64,000 nt of DNA, taken from the NCBI GenBank assembly GCA_047617305.1, contig JBLGCL010000001.1, positions 5,936-69,935 of the forward strand. Reading direction: 5' to 3'. The notes under the pieces are model-generated. The model was not told where the DNA came from. It saw only the letters and a list, made by a program, of their open reading frames with translations, and searched no databases. The number at the start of each line of letters is the position of its first letter. Positions within the stretch are counted from its first letter, which is position 1. The position numbers and the translations under genes are program-made. Source of the DNA: Natronomonas sp. Lineage in GTDB: Archaea; Halobacteriota; Halobacteria; Halobacteriales; Natrialbaceae. Below, in pieces: positions 1 to 8,555 of the stretch.

Positions 1-520
1 GGCCGGGTAGCGAGAGGACGTTGAACGCGACGCCGACGATCAACATCAGCGCGTAGAGCCCCAGCGTCGAGAGCCAGATGACGATCATCGCGAGGATCGC
101 GAACCCGGCGCTGTCCTGGAGGAAGTAGAAGGCACCCAGCGTCATGACGGTCCCGTACAGGAGGACGAGGTACGGACCCCACCCCCGGGCGTGCCCCCGG
201 CGGACGCGCTTGCGGACGTATCGCTTCAGATCCCCCTCGATCTCCTCCCGGTGGACGGTTCGGTCCTCGATGCCCTCCTCGAACGCGTCGACCTCGTCCT
301 CGAGGTCCTCGAACTCCCGTTCCACGTCGTCGACGTCGCCTTCGATCCCCTCGAGGCGGTCCCGGAGGGCCTCGAGTTCGGCCTCGAGCGCGGCGGCCTC
401 CTCGTCAGCGCCGTCGTCGGCACCCCCCGTTCCGTCCGTCGAATCGGAGGTACCCCCGTCGTCATCCGGATCAGCCGCGTCGTCGGATGGCGAGGTGGCC
501 GCGTTGTCGTCCTCGCTCAT
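1..520 (-). CDS. hypothetical acidic coiled-coil protein with C-terminal TM helices (3' end cut by window edge)
   Basis: Not in the ORF track because it runs off the left edge. Reverse-strand reading from ATG (cat at 518-520) gives MSEDDNAATSPSDDAADPDDDGG...LEAELEALRDRLEGIEGDVDDVEREFEDLEDEVDAFEEGIEDR, then hydrophobic LVLLYGTVMTLGAFYF and FAILAMIVIWLSTLGLYALMLIVGVAF. There is no stop down to position 1. Composition is halophile-like and third positions are G/C-rich. Confidence 0.5.
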   Translation of the reverse strand, partial: MSEDDNAATSPSDDAADPDDDGGTSDSTDGTGGADDGADEEAAALEAELEALRDRLEGIEGDVDDVEREFEDLEDEVDAFEEGIEDRTVHREEIEGDLKRYVRKRVRRGHARGWGPYLVLLYGTVMTLGAFYFLQDSAGFAILAMIVIWLSTLGLYALMLIVGVAFNVLSLPG

Positions 521-560
521 TCTCCTTTGTCCCGTCTCACCCGCGCGGTTTGAACTTGCC

Positions 561-579
561 GGTCGAAACCGTTTCGACC
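561..579. promoter_or_regulatory. 19-nt perfect palindrome GGTCGAAAC-C-GTTTCGACC
   Basis: It lies in the 83-nt spacer between the YihY-family gene stop (604) and the start of the edge gene (520). It could act as a protein-binding site or as a terminator hairpin. Confidence 0.35.
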
Positions 580-603
580 CCGGGGGACCCGGTGACGCGG
601 CCG

Positions 604-1416
604 TCATCCCGTCGCTTCTCGCCCGGCGACGACGGCGTTCAGTATGGCCCCGGCGATCACCAGCATGGCGCCGATGTACAGCCAGGTGAGGAGCAACAGG
701 ACGCCGCCGAGAACGCCGTAGATGGCGAAGTTCGCCGCCGTCGTGGCGTACCAGGTGTAGAGGCCGCCGAGGAGGGTCCACCCGACGGCCACCAGGGCCG
801 TTCCCGGCAGCGCCTCGCGCACGGTCAGTTCGACGTCCGGGAGGACGTAGTACAGCGGCAGGAACGTCGCGATCAGGACGCCGACCAGCGAGAGCGGCGC
901 CACCAGGTCCGCGATCGGCCCCTCCGCGACGGCCTCGATGGTGCTGACGCCGACCACCGCGGCGACGCCCGCGCCGACGGCGAGCAACACGACGGTCGCG
1001 TCCCGGAGTTCGTGGAGTAACGACCCGGGCGTCTCGACGTCGTAGACGTAGGCGAACGCCTTGTCGAGGCCCCGGAACAGCCGCAGGCCGCTCCACGCGA
1101 GAACGAGCACGCCGACCACCGTCGCCCCGCCTCGGCCCGACCCCGTCGACAGGGCCTGGAACGCGACCTCCTGTCCGCTCTCGGTGAGGAGAGCGCCCGC
1201 CTGCTCGACGACGTCCCGGGCGAACGCCTCACCGCTCACCGCCGTCGCGACCGCCACCGCGAGCAACAGGAGGGGAACGAGCGAGACGAACCCGAAGTAA
1301 GCGACTGCCGCCGCGAGGAAGGAGACCTCGGCGTCGCGGGTCGCGGAAACCGTCCGCCGTGCCAGCGAAACCGCGGCCTCGGTGCGATCGTTCACGGCGT
1401 TCCGTTGGCGCGCCAC
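604..1416 (-). CDS. YihY/BrkB (virulence factor BrkB / ribonuclease BN-like) family membrane protein
   Basis: ORF 604..1416 (270 aa, GTG start). Polytopic membrane protein with an AAVAYFGFVSLVPLLLL start and a LTWLYIGAMLVIAGAILNAV end, which is typical of the YihY family. Confidence 0.8.
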   Translation of the reverse strand: MARQRNAVNDRTEAAVSLARRTVSATRDAEVSFLAAAVAYFGFVSLVPLLLLAVAVATAVSGEAFARDVVEQAGALLTESGQEVAFQALSTGSGRGGATVVGVLVLAWSGLRLFRGLDKAFAYVYDVETPGSLLHELRDATVVLLAVGAGVAAVVGVSTIEAVAEGPIADLVAPLSLVGVLIATFLPLYYVLPDVELTVREALPGTALVAVGWTLLGGLYTWYATTAANFAIYGVLGGVLLLLTWLYIGAMLVIAGAILNAVVAGREATG

Positions 1417-1532
1417 GATGAAAACGCTATCCGGTCGGTTCGTGACCGCGATTCCGGGGTCACCTCGAGCGTCGAACGATTACGGGTCGATTGTCCCGAT
1501 TCGTTTCGAACCTTTAATCCCGAGGGTTTCAG

Positions 1533-2510
1533 ATGTTGAATTTGGGTGCCAGAATGAGATCGCTACGCTCACTGGTCTGGATCGACGACGAATCCCGCCC
1601 GACTGCGCTGTTCAGGATCTTGCTCATCGCGGTCGGATCGTGGGTCGCCGCCTCCGTCGCGTACGAGGTCATCTGGGCGATCGAAGGGACCGGCGTTTCG
1701 GGGCTGGTCCCGGCCTTGATCCGGCCCATCCTTGGCTATGGACTACCCAGCCTCGCTATCCTTCTCGGCCTCGTGTTTCTCGGCCGCCGGAGGCGTTCGG
1801 ACTGGGGAATGGAGGTCGATCGGGACTGGTGGTTCGACTTCGGGTTCGGACTCGCGCTCGCGACGGGACTCCTCGTGACGATCTTCGGCGTCATGTTCGT
1901 CGCCGACTGGGTGCGCGTCACGGGCACGATCGAGGTCAACGGTGATCCTCCTGTGGCGGGGTTCTGGCCGAACCTGCTCCGGATCCTCGTGGTATTCGTC
2001 GGGGTCGGCATCTACGAGGAGTTCTTTTCGCGGGGGCTGCTGCTGACCAACGTCGCCGACGGCGTGGCGGGATTCGGACCGATCGGACGACGAGGTGCCG
2101 TCACGATTGCCGTCGGACTGACCGCCGCGATTTTCGGAGCGCTGCACGCGAACAATCCCAACGCCTCACTCGCAAGTACGCTCGGGCTGACGGCGGCGGG
2201 CGTTCTCTACGGGACGGGATACGTGTTCACCGGCAGACTCGCGTTACCGATCGGGTTTCACATCGCCTGGAACGTCGTCGAAGGGGTCGTCCTCGGCTTC
2301 CCCGTCAGTGGCTCCCGGGAGGCCGCAAATCTGATCGCCGTCGCCGAGCAGGGACCGAACCTGTTCACCGGCGGCGCGTTCGGCCCCGAAGCGGGCGTCC
2401 TGGGCGTCGGTGCCCGTTTCGTCGGCATCGCGGCGATCGTCGCCTACGTTCGCTGGCGCCGTGGCAAGGTCTCGGTCGCCGAGAAACTGACCGATCCGAC
2501 GCTCCGGTAA
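1533..2510 (+). CDS. CPBP family intramembrane glutamic endopeptidase (CAAX protease-like)
   Basis: ORF 1533..2510. Contains the signature motifs IYEEFFSRG (EExxxR) and IFGALH..N, then HIAWN, in a multi-TM protein. An alternative ATG lies at 1554. TATA-like CCTTTAATCC is at 1511-1520. Confidence 0.82.
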   Translation: MLNLGARMRSLRSLVWIDDESRPTALFRILLIAVGSWVAASVAYEVIWAIEGTGVSGLVPALIRPILGYGLPSLAILLGLVFLGRRRRSDWGMEVDRDWWFDFGFGLALATGLLVTIFGVMFVADWVRVTGTIEVNGDPPVAGFWPNLLRILVVFVGVGIYEEFFSRGLLLTNVADGVAGFGPIGRRGAVTIAVGLTAAIFGALHANNPNASLASTLGLTAAGVLYGTGYVFTGRLALPIGFHIAWNVVEGVVLGFPVSGSREAANLIAVAEQGPNLFTGGAFGPEAGVLGVGARFVGIAAIVAYVRWRRGKVSVAEKLTDPTLR

Positions 2511-2537
2511 CGCGGGCGGAAACCAGCGGGAGGTCGA

Positions 2538-3641
2538 CTAGTCCGTGGCCTCGCGAATTTCGTCCACGGTCGCGTCGGTCTTGAACGTCGTTCCGCCGTA
2601 ATGTGCGCGCGAGGCCTCGAATCCCGCTGCCCTGAGGTCGTCCAAGAACTCGTCCATCGCGCTGGCCGGCCGGCCCCAGGCCTTGCAGAGGCGGTGCTGG
2701 TCGTAGTGCGTGGGACGATCGAGTTCCGCTTCGAGGGTGTCACAGAGGTCGCGGGCGTCGGCGGCGGTCCCCATCTCACCGGTGACATGCTCGCGGACCG
2801 CGGCGACGAACTCGCGGTCGCGGATCGGCCCGAGCCAGAGCGGCGCGGCGGTGACGACCCGCTCGCTCCCGCAGTTCGGGCAGGTTTCCGGCGGGTGGTG
2901 GATCAGGCCGTCCTCGCCCTCGCGGTAGAGACAGTCCTGGCAGAGGTGGACGGCGCCGAGTTCGTCGACGGCGGCGTTCGCGTCGGTCGCCCGCTGGGAC
3001 AGCGAGAGGTAGGTCCGGACGTAGTGGCGCGTCGCGTGGGTGAACACCGGCGTCACGCCGACGTCGTACCGGGCGGCCGTCCGGGCCAGCGCCGAGAGCA
3101 GCACCCGGACGCCCATCTCGGGGTGGTAGTCGGTGTTGCGCGGGACCGCCGAGTACGAGCGCACCCCGCTCTCGAAGTGCGCGCCACACAGCGGCGCCGT
3201 GTCGGTCGCGGTGACGGCCACGAGGTGGCGAGCGCCCGAGAACGCCGCGTCCGCGAACGGGATCGGCGTCCCGAACGGGTCGACGTCGATCACGTCGAAC
3301 CGCTCCTCGTGCATGAGCGCGTTCGCGTTCCGTCGGACCACCTCGCCGTCGAGGTCGTTGCGCTCGAGGTTCTCCCGGCAGAGGTCGGCCGCGTCGGGAT
3401 CGACGTCACAGAGCGTGACGTCCCACCCTTCGGCCGCCGCCCGGACGCCGCGAACACCGCTGGCAGCCGTCGCGTCGAGGTAGGTCTCGGCCTTCCCCTC
3501 GCGCTCAGCGAGCGTTCGGAGGACCGCGACCGTCAGATCGCGGTTCAACTCCTGGGCCGGGTTGAAGAACACGTTCTCGCCTTTCCCCTCCTCGGCTTGC
3601 TCGGGGACCGACAGCTCGACGTTCCCTTCGCTCACGTCCAT
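2538..3641 (-). CDS. trm1: tRNA (guanine(26)-N(2))-dimethyltransferase
   Basis: ORF 2538..3641 (367 aa). Motifs [23 protein letters not shown] and [12 protein letters not shown], plus a C-terminal Cys cluster CQDC...CPNCG, all typical of archaeal Trm1. Confidence 0.92.
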   Translation of the reverse strand: MDVSEGNVELSVPEQAEEGKGENVFFNPAQELNRDLTVAVLRTLAEREGKAETYLDATAASGVRGVRAAAEGWDVTLCDVDPDAADLCRENLERNDLDGEVVRRNANALMHEERFDVIDVDPFGTPIPFADAAFSGARHLVAVTATDTAPLCGAHFESGVRSYSAVPRNTDYHPEMGVRVLLSALARTAARYDVGVTPVFTHATRHYVRTYLSLSQRATDANAAVDELGAVHLCQDCLYREGEDGLIHHPPETCPNCGSERVVTAAPLWLGPIRDREFVAAVREHVTGEMGTAADARDLCDTLEAELDRPTHYDQHRLCKAWGRPASAMDEFLDDLRAAGFEASRAHYGGTTFKTDATVDEIREATD

Positions 3642-3775
3642 GATGGCCCTCGCGGCGGGCCGGCGAAAAGCGATGCGGTCTCGATGGGGAAAGCTGGTCG
3701 GGGGGACCGAGGCCGTTGGCGGTCGAGAGACGACTTCGATCGTCTGTCGGAGCAGCGAGAGACTGAGAAATACTC

Positions 3776-3787
3776 AAAAATATATAC
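3776..3787 (+). promoter_or_regulatory. TATA-box-like element (AAAAATATATAC) about 30 nt upstream of the HEAT-repeat gene ATG
   Basis: An AT-rich island in an otherwise GC-rich spacer. The distance to the ATG at 3812 fits leaderless haloarchaeal promoters. Confidence 0.5.
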
Positions 3788-3811
3788 CGTGGATCGCTCG
3801 GCACGTAACGG

Positions 3812-4549
3812 ATGGATTTGCGTGGCCACAGCCTCCCCGAGATCCGCGACCTCGCGGACCAGTACTACCGCGACCACGGGTGGGAGGACATCGAGGCCCT
3901 CGAGGAGAACGATCCGGACGAGAAGGCCTTCAAAGCCGAGGCATGGGTCCGGAAAGCGATCGCCGAGGACGACCTCGCCGAACGGCTCGAGTATCTCGAA
4001 CGACGCTCGCGGGACGAAAGCTGGCGAGTGCGGGAGCGGGTCGCGATGGCGCTCAAATACGTCAACGCCAACGCGTTCCGCCAGGTGGAATCGGCCTGGT
4101 ACGAGTGGGTCGATCACGACGACAACTACGTCCGGCGAGCCTGCGAGGTCGGCCTGATGGGCGTCCCCGAGGAGCACGCCGATTCGGCGCTCCGGATACT
4201 CGACCACCTGGTGTCGGACTCCGACGAGTACGTCCGGAAAAGCTGCGGCGGATTCGCGGTTGCCGCCATCGCGAACAAGGATCCGGACGTGGGTCGGGAG
4301 TACCTGGATCGCTGGAGCCGGTCCGATGACTTGCGGACGAGATGGAACGTCGCCAAGGCCATCGGGGGTGCCTATGGCCGGGAAAACGACCACGCCCTCG
4401 ACCTCGCGCACCGACTCGCCGACGACGAGGAGTATCGCGTCAGACGAGCGACGGCGTCGTCCCTGAGGAAACTATTCGACAAGGACCCCGAGTTCCGGGA
4501 GCGGGTCGAGCAGTGGGACGACAGGGAGGAGTTCCGCTCGTCGTTGTAG
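3812..4549 (+). CDS. HEAT-repeat domain protein
   Basis: ORF 3812..4549 (245 aa). Contains repeated units of the type D..WRVRERVAMAL / DDNYVRRACEVGL / SDEYVRKSCGGFAV / DLRTRWNVAKAI / EEYRVRRATASSL, which are HEAT/armadillo-like helical repeats. Confidence 0.72.
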   Translation: MDLRGHSLPEIRDLADQYYRDHGWEDIEALEENDPDEKAFKAEAWVRKAIAEDDLAERLEYLERRSRDESWRVRERVAMALKYVNANAFRQVESAWYEWVDHDDNYVRRACEVGLMGVPEEHADSALRILDHLVSDSDEYVRKSCGGFAVAAIANKDPDVGREYLDRWSRSDDLRTRWNVAKAIGGAYGRENDHALDLAHRLADDEEYRVRRATASSLRKLFDKDPEFRERVEQWDDREEFRSSL

Positions 4550-4691
4550 GTCCGTCCCCGTCGGCGTGATCGACGTCGGGCGCCGTCGTGTACACGGAAC
4601 CGATCGACCCGCCATCCACGAGGTCATGGTTCTCGAGGCCGGGGTAGCTACCCCCTTGCTCGAGGATCACGAATTCCTCGGCACAGCCGAC

Positions 4692-4737
4692 CCTGTTTCC
4701 TCAGCGCGCTCCGAACCGCCGGATTCTGACTCGGGAC
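4692..4737 (+). repeat. 46-nt direct repeat, copy A (cctgtttcctcagcgcgctccgaaccgccggattctgactcgggac)
   Basis: Aligns without gaps to 5153..5198 at 40/46 identical positions. The two copies bracket the small gene 4759..5037. Confidence 0.75.
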
Positions 4738-4758
4738 GTCAGGACGTCGTGATTGGTT

Positions 4759-5037
4759 TCAGGACGTCTCGAGCGGGGTATCCACGTCGTCCTCTTCGCT
4801 CATCGTTTCCAGCACGAGCCCCGTGGCCCCCGCCGCAGCGAGACCGATCCCCATCGCACGAATTTGGCGACGGTACGCCGGTTTGGCCTCGAGCTCCTCG
4901 GTGTTCTCGAAGTTCATACCCAACATCTTCTTCGTCAATGCGACGCTGAGTTGCGGGGCGAGGGCGGAGAGCAGTCCCTGACCGATCGCCCAGGCCGAAC
5001 CGATTTTCCAGTAGTCTGATCCCTTCATTCCGGTCAT
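4759..5037 (-). CDS. small hypothetical membrane-associated protein (92 aa)
   Basis: This is the C-terminal part of track ORF 4759..5691. An internal ATG (cat at 5035-5037) gives MTGMKGSDYWKIGSAWAIGQGLLSALAPQL...AMGIGLAAAGATGLVLETMSEEDDVDTPLETS. The upstream extension is Arg/Pro-rich and non-coding-like. Confidence 0.5.
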   Translation of the reverse strand: MTGMKGSDYWKIGSAWAIGQGLLSALAPQLSVALTKKMLGMNFENTEELEAKPAYRRQIRAMGIGLAAAGATGLVLETMSEEDDVDTPLETS

Positions 5038-5152
5038 AACTTCGACGGGACGATAATAAGCATGATCCACGGGTAATTGGGTGCTGGTACGAAACGACCG
5101 CAGGCCACGGGCTTGCCCCGGAGGGTTCGGCCGGAGCGCCCGACCGACCGAA

Positions 5153-5198
5153 CCTGTTTTGTCAGCGCGCGCCGAAACGCCGGATCGTGACTCGGGAC
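5153..5198 (+). repeat. 46-nt direct repeat, copy B (cctgttttgtcagcgcgcgccgaaacgccggatcgtgactcgggac)
   Basis: Second copy of the repeat at 4692..4737, with 40/46 identity and the same orientation. Confidence 0.75.
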
Positions 5199-5230
5199 CC
5201 CGTTCTGGGCGGTCGACGCGGCCTCCGGGG

Positions 5231-5587
5231 GTGGCCGGCGTGACGCCCGTCGAGGAGTGGCAGGCAGCGCTGGCCGAGGCCGGCGAGTTGACCTCGGAGG
5301 TCGTCGAGCGGATCATCGCCGTCCACGGCGACCGCGGCCAGCGGGCCATCGAGGCCGTCTCCGAGGGCCGGGTCAAGGAGTACAAGGACTTCACCGTCGT
5401 CGTCGGTCGCGGCGACGAGTACGTCGTCGAGGACGGGGGCTGTACCTGCAAGGACGCGGAGTACAACCTCGATCCCGAGGACCCCACCGACCTCTGCTGG
5501 CACGCGATCGCGGTGGCGATCGCCGAACGGATCGGGGCCGTCGAGCACCACGACATGTGGTACTCCGAGGTCCGCGACTTCCTGTGA
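5231..5587 (+). CDS. SWIM-type zinc-finger protein
   Basis: Lies within ORF 5081..5587. The likely start is an in-frame GTG at 5231 or 5240 (VAGVTPVEEW...). The CxC-x(n)-CxH signature is visible in GGCTCKDAEYNLDPEDPTDLCWHAIAV. Confidence 0.72.
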   Translation: MAGVTPVEEWQAALAEAGELTSEVVERIIAVHGDRGQRAIEAVSEGRVKEYKDFTVVVGRGDEYVVEDGGCTCKDAEYNLDPEDPTDLCWHAIAVAIAERIGAVEHHDMWYSEVRDFL

Positions 5588-5660
5588 GGCGGGCGGGGTC
5601 GGTCGCGCGGTCGATCGCCGACCGAAGGAGTGACGGAGGGGGGCACCGTCACCCCCGTCC

Positions 5661-5918
5661 ATGGATCGGGATCGACTCGTCGGGGCCGCAAAGGTGCTCC
5701 TGGGTCTCGGGATCGTCGCCGTCGGCATCGGGACGAGCGAGGGGATCGGGGCCGGTCCCGTGCTCACGGCCGCGGGCGGCGCCCTCATCGCGGGGATCGG
5801 CCTCGGCCAGCTCGTCGGCGTCCTCGCGGTGACCGGCGTCGAGCAGGAGCGGTGGTACGCGATCGTCCTTGCGGTGGCCGTTCTGCTGGTCGGCGTGGCG
5901 CTCCTGCTGGTGCCCTGA
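5661..5918 (+). CDS. small hypothetical membrane protein (85 aa, 3 predicted TM segments)
   Basis: ORF 5661..5918. Gly/Ala/Val/Leu-rich hydrophobic segments VLLGLGIVAVGIG, LTAAGGALIAGIGLGQLVGVLAV and YAIVLAVAVLLVGVALLLV. Confidence 0.5.
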   Translation: MDRDRLVGAAKVLLGLGIVAVGIGTSEGIGAGPVLTAAGGALIAGIGLGQLVGVLAVTGVEQERWYAIVLAVAVLLVGVALLLVP

Positions 5919-5970
5919 ATCGCAGTGACGGACCGCCGTTGTCGGGCAACTTGACCGCCGGCCGAAGCGG

Positions 5971-5976
5971 TTTATA
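5971..5976 (+). promoter_or_regulatory. TATA box (TTTATA) 28 nt upstream of the ATG at 5999
   Basis: GCGGTTTATACGAG sits in an otherwise GC-rich spacer. The spacing is typical of leaderless haloarchaeal transcripts. Confidence 0.55.
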
Positions 5977-5998
5977 CGAGAATCCCCGAAGAAAAACC

Positions 5999-6364
5999 AT
6001 GTCGTCCGACCGCTTATTCAAGCTTCCGCTCGATCCCGACAGCATCGACGACGTTCGGTCGCACTCCGACCGACTCGAAGAGCAACGCGGGACCTTCGAA
6101 CGCGGACTCGCGATCGAGAAGATGAACGCGGAAACGGCGTGGCTCGACGAGGACGAACCCGCGCTGTACTACCTCCACGACGAGAGCGAGGACTACCCCG
6201 CGGACGTCGAGAAAGACGACACCGACGACGAAGCGGTCTTAGCGCTGAGTGCCGAACACCACGAGATGTTCCAGAAAGTGGCACGCGAAGGGTACAGCCA
6301 TCCCGACGATCTCGTCGAGTTCGAGATGCTGTTCCGTGCGTCCGCCCGTGACCGGATCGACTAG
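5999..6364 (+). CDS. conserved-looking acidic hypothetical protein (121 aa)
   Basis: This is the 3' part of ORF 5630..6364. The ATG at 5999 gives MSSDRLFKLPLDPDSIDDVRSHSDRLEEQRGTFERGLAIEKMNAETAWLDEDEPALYYLHDE... The sequence upstream of 5999 in this frame is Arg-rich junk. Confidence 0.68.
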   Translation: MSSDRLFKLPLDPDSIDDVRSHSDRLEEQRGTFERGLAIEKMNAETAWLDEDEPALYYLHDESEDYPADVEKDDTDDEAVLALSAEHHEMFQKVAREGYSHPDDLVEFEMLFRASARDRID

Positions 6365-6378
6365 TTCAGTTTCGAAAC

Positions 6379-7089
6379 TCACCGGTCCGCGCACACGTCC
6401 ACGAAGTTCCGCAGGATCGCCAGCCCGGCCTCCCCGCTCTTCTCCGGGTGGAACTGGGTGCCGAAGACGGTCCCGTCCTCGTTGGCGATCACGCTCGGGA
6501 AGTCGACGCCGTACTCGGTCGTGGCGACGACGGCGGTCTCGTCGTCCGGAAGCGCGTAATACGAGTGGACGAAGTAGGCGTACCGGCCGTCGACGGTCCC
6601 TGCTCCAGGTTCCTCGTCACGGGCCTCGTCCCGTCGGTCACCGATCCCCGCGACCAGGGGGTGCTCGCGCCCCACGTCGAGACGGTTCCAGCCCATGTGC
6701 GGGACCGTCCGGTCGGCGGCGAAGCGCACGTTCTTCCCCGGGATCAGATCGAGGCCGCGAACCTCGCCCTCTCCGGCGTGATCGGCCTCCTCGCTGGTGG
6801 TCAGCAACATCTGCATCCCGAGGCAGATCCCGAACAGCGGCTGGCCCCGGTCGGCAGCGTCGATCAACGCCTCGCGATACGGCCCGGCGTTCTCCACGCC
6901 CTCCCTGAACGCGCCCACCCCGGGGAGGACGATCCCGTCGGCCGCGGCGAACCGGTCCGGGTCGTCGGTGATCTCGACGGTCGCACCGGCCCGTTCGAGG
7001 CCACGCGTGACGCTCCGGAGGTTCCCGAGGCCGTAATCGACCACGGCGACCTCGACCGAGCGGCCGGACGACCCTGGTCCGTCTGGCAT
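6379..7089 (-). CDS. hisH: imidazole glycerol phosphate synthase, glutamine amidotransferase subunit
   Basis: ORF 6379..7089. VAVVDYGLGNLRSV, the class-I GATase nucleophile elbow LFGICLGMQML, and the C-terminal GTQFHPEKSG. Confidence 0.93.
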   Translation of the reverse strand: MPDGPGSSGRSVEVAVVDYGLGNLRSVTRGLERAGATVEITDDPDRFAAADGIVLPGVGAFREGVENAGPYREALIDAADRGQPLFGICLGMQMLLTTSEEADHAGEGEVRGLDLIPGKNVRFAADRTVPHMGWNRLDVGREHPLVAGIGDRRDEARDEEPGAGTVDGRYAYFVHSYYALPDDETAVVATTEYGVDFPSVIANEDGTVFGTQFHPEKSGEAGLAILRNFVDVCADR

Positions 7090-7553
7090 GGGTCGCCGTT
7101 AGGCCGGGGGTTGCAAGTCCCTTTCCCTCGATGCGGCCAGTTCCGGAGACGGTCGACCCGCCGCGACGACCGCGATCGAACGGCCGTTTGTTATGGACCC
7201 CGGATCCGGGTCGGAAGCGACGGAGCACCCGACCCGCCGGACGTGACAGTACCGAGAGGCCCGGATCCGCCGCGAGCCGCACCTTGCCGAACGCCGATGG
7301 CGGCGATCCCGGGAACCACGCGACGGCGGTCGTCGGGGAGGGACCCCTGCTGCGGGACCGAACCGCTCCTCGACACGATTCGGTTCCCAGGTAGGCCCGT
7401 CCGGTTCGGACCGGGGCGGCCGATCGGGCCCTGCCAAAACCCACGGCCGACGGGCCGGGTTCGTTTTCTATATTGAGAAAATTAGCCAAAGGGCCCCGTC
7501 TAAAGAGAAAATGGGAAGTTTTATCGGTTGAGTTGTTATGCTTCCCCCTGTAC

Positions 7554-8501
7554 ATGGTGGACCGACGGCAGTTCATCAAAGGCGTTGGCGTTGCATCGAC
7601 CGTGGGTATCGCAGGGATCAGCGGCTGCTTGGGGAACTTGGGGAGCACCTCGGGTAACGAGGAACAACCGTACGGCGACGGGACGATCGACTTCTCGATG
7701 TCGCCAAGCGAACCCCAGGACCTGATGATGAAACAGTACCAGCCTCTCAAGAAGTACCTTAGCGACGAGGTCCACGATACGGAGTTGACGTACGCCAAGG
7801 ACTATGCGGCCGTGGTCGAAGCCCTCGGGAGCGGAACCGGCGACGTCGCGGAGACCGGGCCCTTCGCGGCGGCGCTGGGCGTCAACGAGGAGAAGGCCGA
7901 GATCGCACTCCAGCGGTTCGCGTACGGGGCCTGGGATTACGCCAGCGTCATCACGACCAAGAAGGACAGCGACATCGAGTCGCTCGAGGACCTCGAGGGC
8001 AAGAAGGTCGCCCTCGCGGACCGACTGTCGGCCAGCGGTTCGCTGTACCCGCTGTTCATGCTCAAGCAGGCCGGCCTCTCGATCGGCAGTCTCCCGACCG
8101 GCGGGGACGCAAACGCGGACTTCAACGCCCAGTACGCCGGCGGGCACGGTGCCGCCTGGGCGGCGCTGGAAAACGGCCAGGTCGCCGCCGCCGGCACCGG
8201 CAAGTTCATTACCGTCACCGGCGACGACCGGACCCTCGCAGAGGGCTACGAATACGTCGAGTCGCACGACGGCATTCCGCGCGCGCCGATCGTCGTGAGT
8301 CCGGAACTCTCCGGAAACGAGAAGGAATCGGTCGTGGACGCCCTGAAGAACGCACCCGAGAAGATGTACCTCGGCGCCGACGGCGAAGAAGGCACCGAGG
8401 ACGACCTCTGGTTCAGCGACGTGCGGCCGGCAGAGGTGGCGACCTACGATCCGGTGATCAACGTCGCCGAGGAACTGGGCATCTCGCTCGGTGACCTGTA
8501 G
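7554..8501 (+). CDS. phnD: phosphate/phosphite/phosphonate ABC transporter substrate-binding lipoprotein
   Basis: Lies within ORF 7473..8501. The ATG at 7554 gives MVDRRQFIKGVGVASTVGIAGISGC, a twin-arginine signal plus a lipobox Cys. The mature part is PhnD-like, and ATPase and permease genes follow directly. Confidence 0.87.
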   Translation: MVDRRQFIKGVGVASTVGIAGISGCLGNLGSTSGNEEQPYGDGTIDFSMSPSEPQDLMMKQYQPLKKYLSDEVHDTELTYAKDYAAVVEALGSGTGDVAETGPFAAALGVNEEKAEIALQRFAYGAWDYASVITTKKDSDIESLEDLEGKKVALADRLSASGSLYPLFMLKQAGLSIGSLPTGGDANADFNAQYAGGHGAAWAALENGQVAAAGTGKFITVTGDDRTLAEGYEYVESHDGIPRAPIVVSPELSGNEKESVVDALKNAPEKMYLGADGEEGTEDDLWFSDVRPAEVATYDPVINVAEELGISLGDL

Positions 8502-8555
8502 CCGACCGGAACGAGAACGCCAACGGTTTCAAACCGAACGGAGATATACCAACCG

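Noticed and set aside
7091-7465. Firm identification of the GC-rich block as SRP (7S) RNA or RNase P RNA.
   Set aside because: Only the 5' TAGGCCGGGGGTT resembles archaeal SRP RNA. I could not find the conserved UGUAA-type motif, a canonical helix-8 GGAA-loop/AGCA motif in the right position, or the RNase P CR-I (GAGGAAAGUCC) and CR-IV (ACAGAA..GGCUUA) blocks. It is kept only as an unassigned candidate in the findings.
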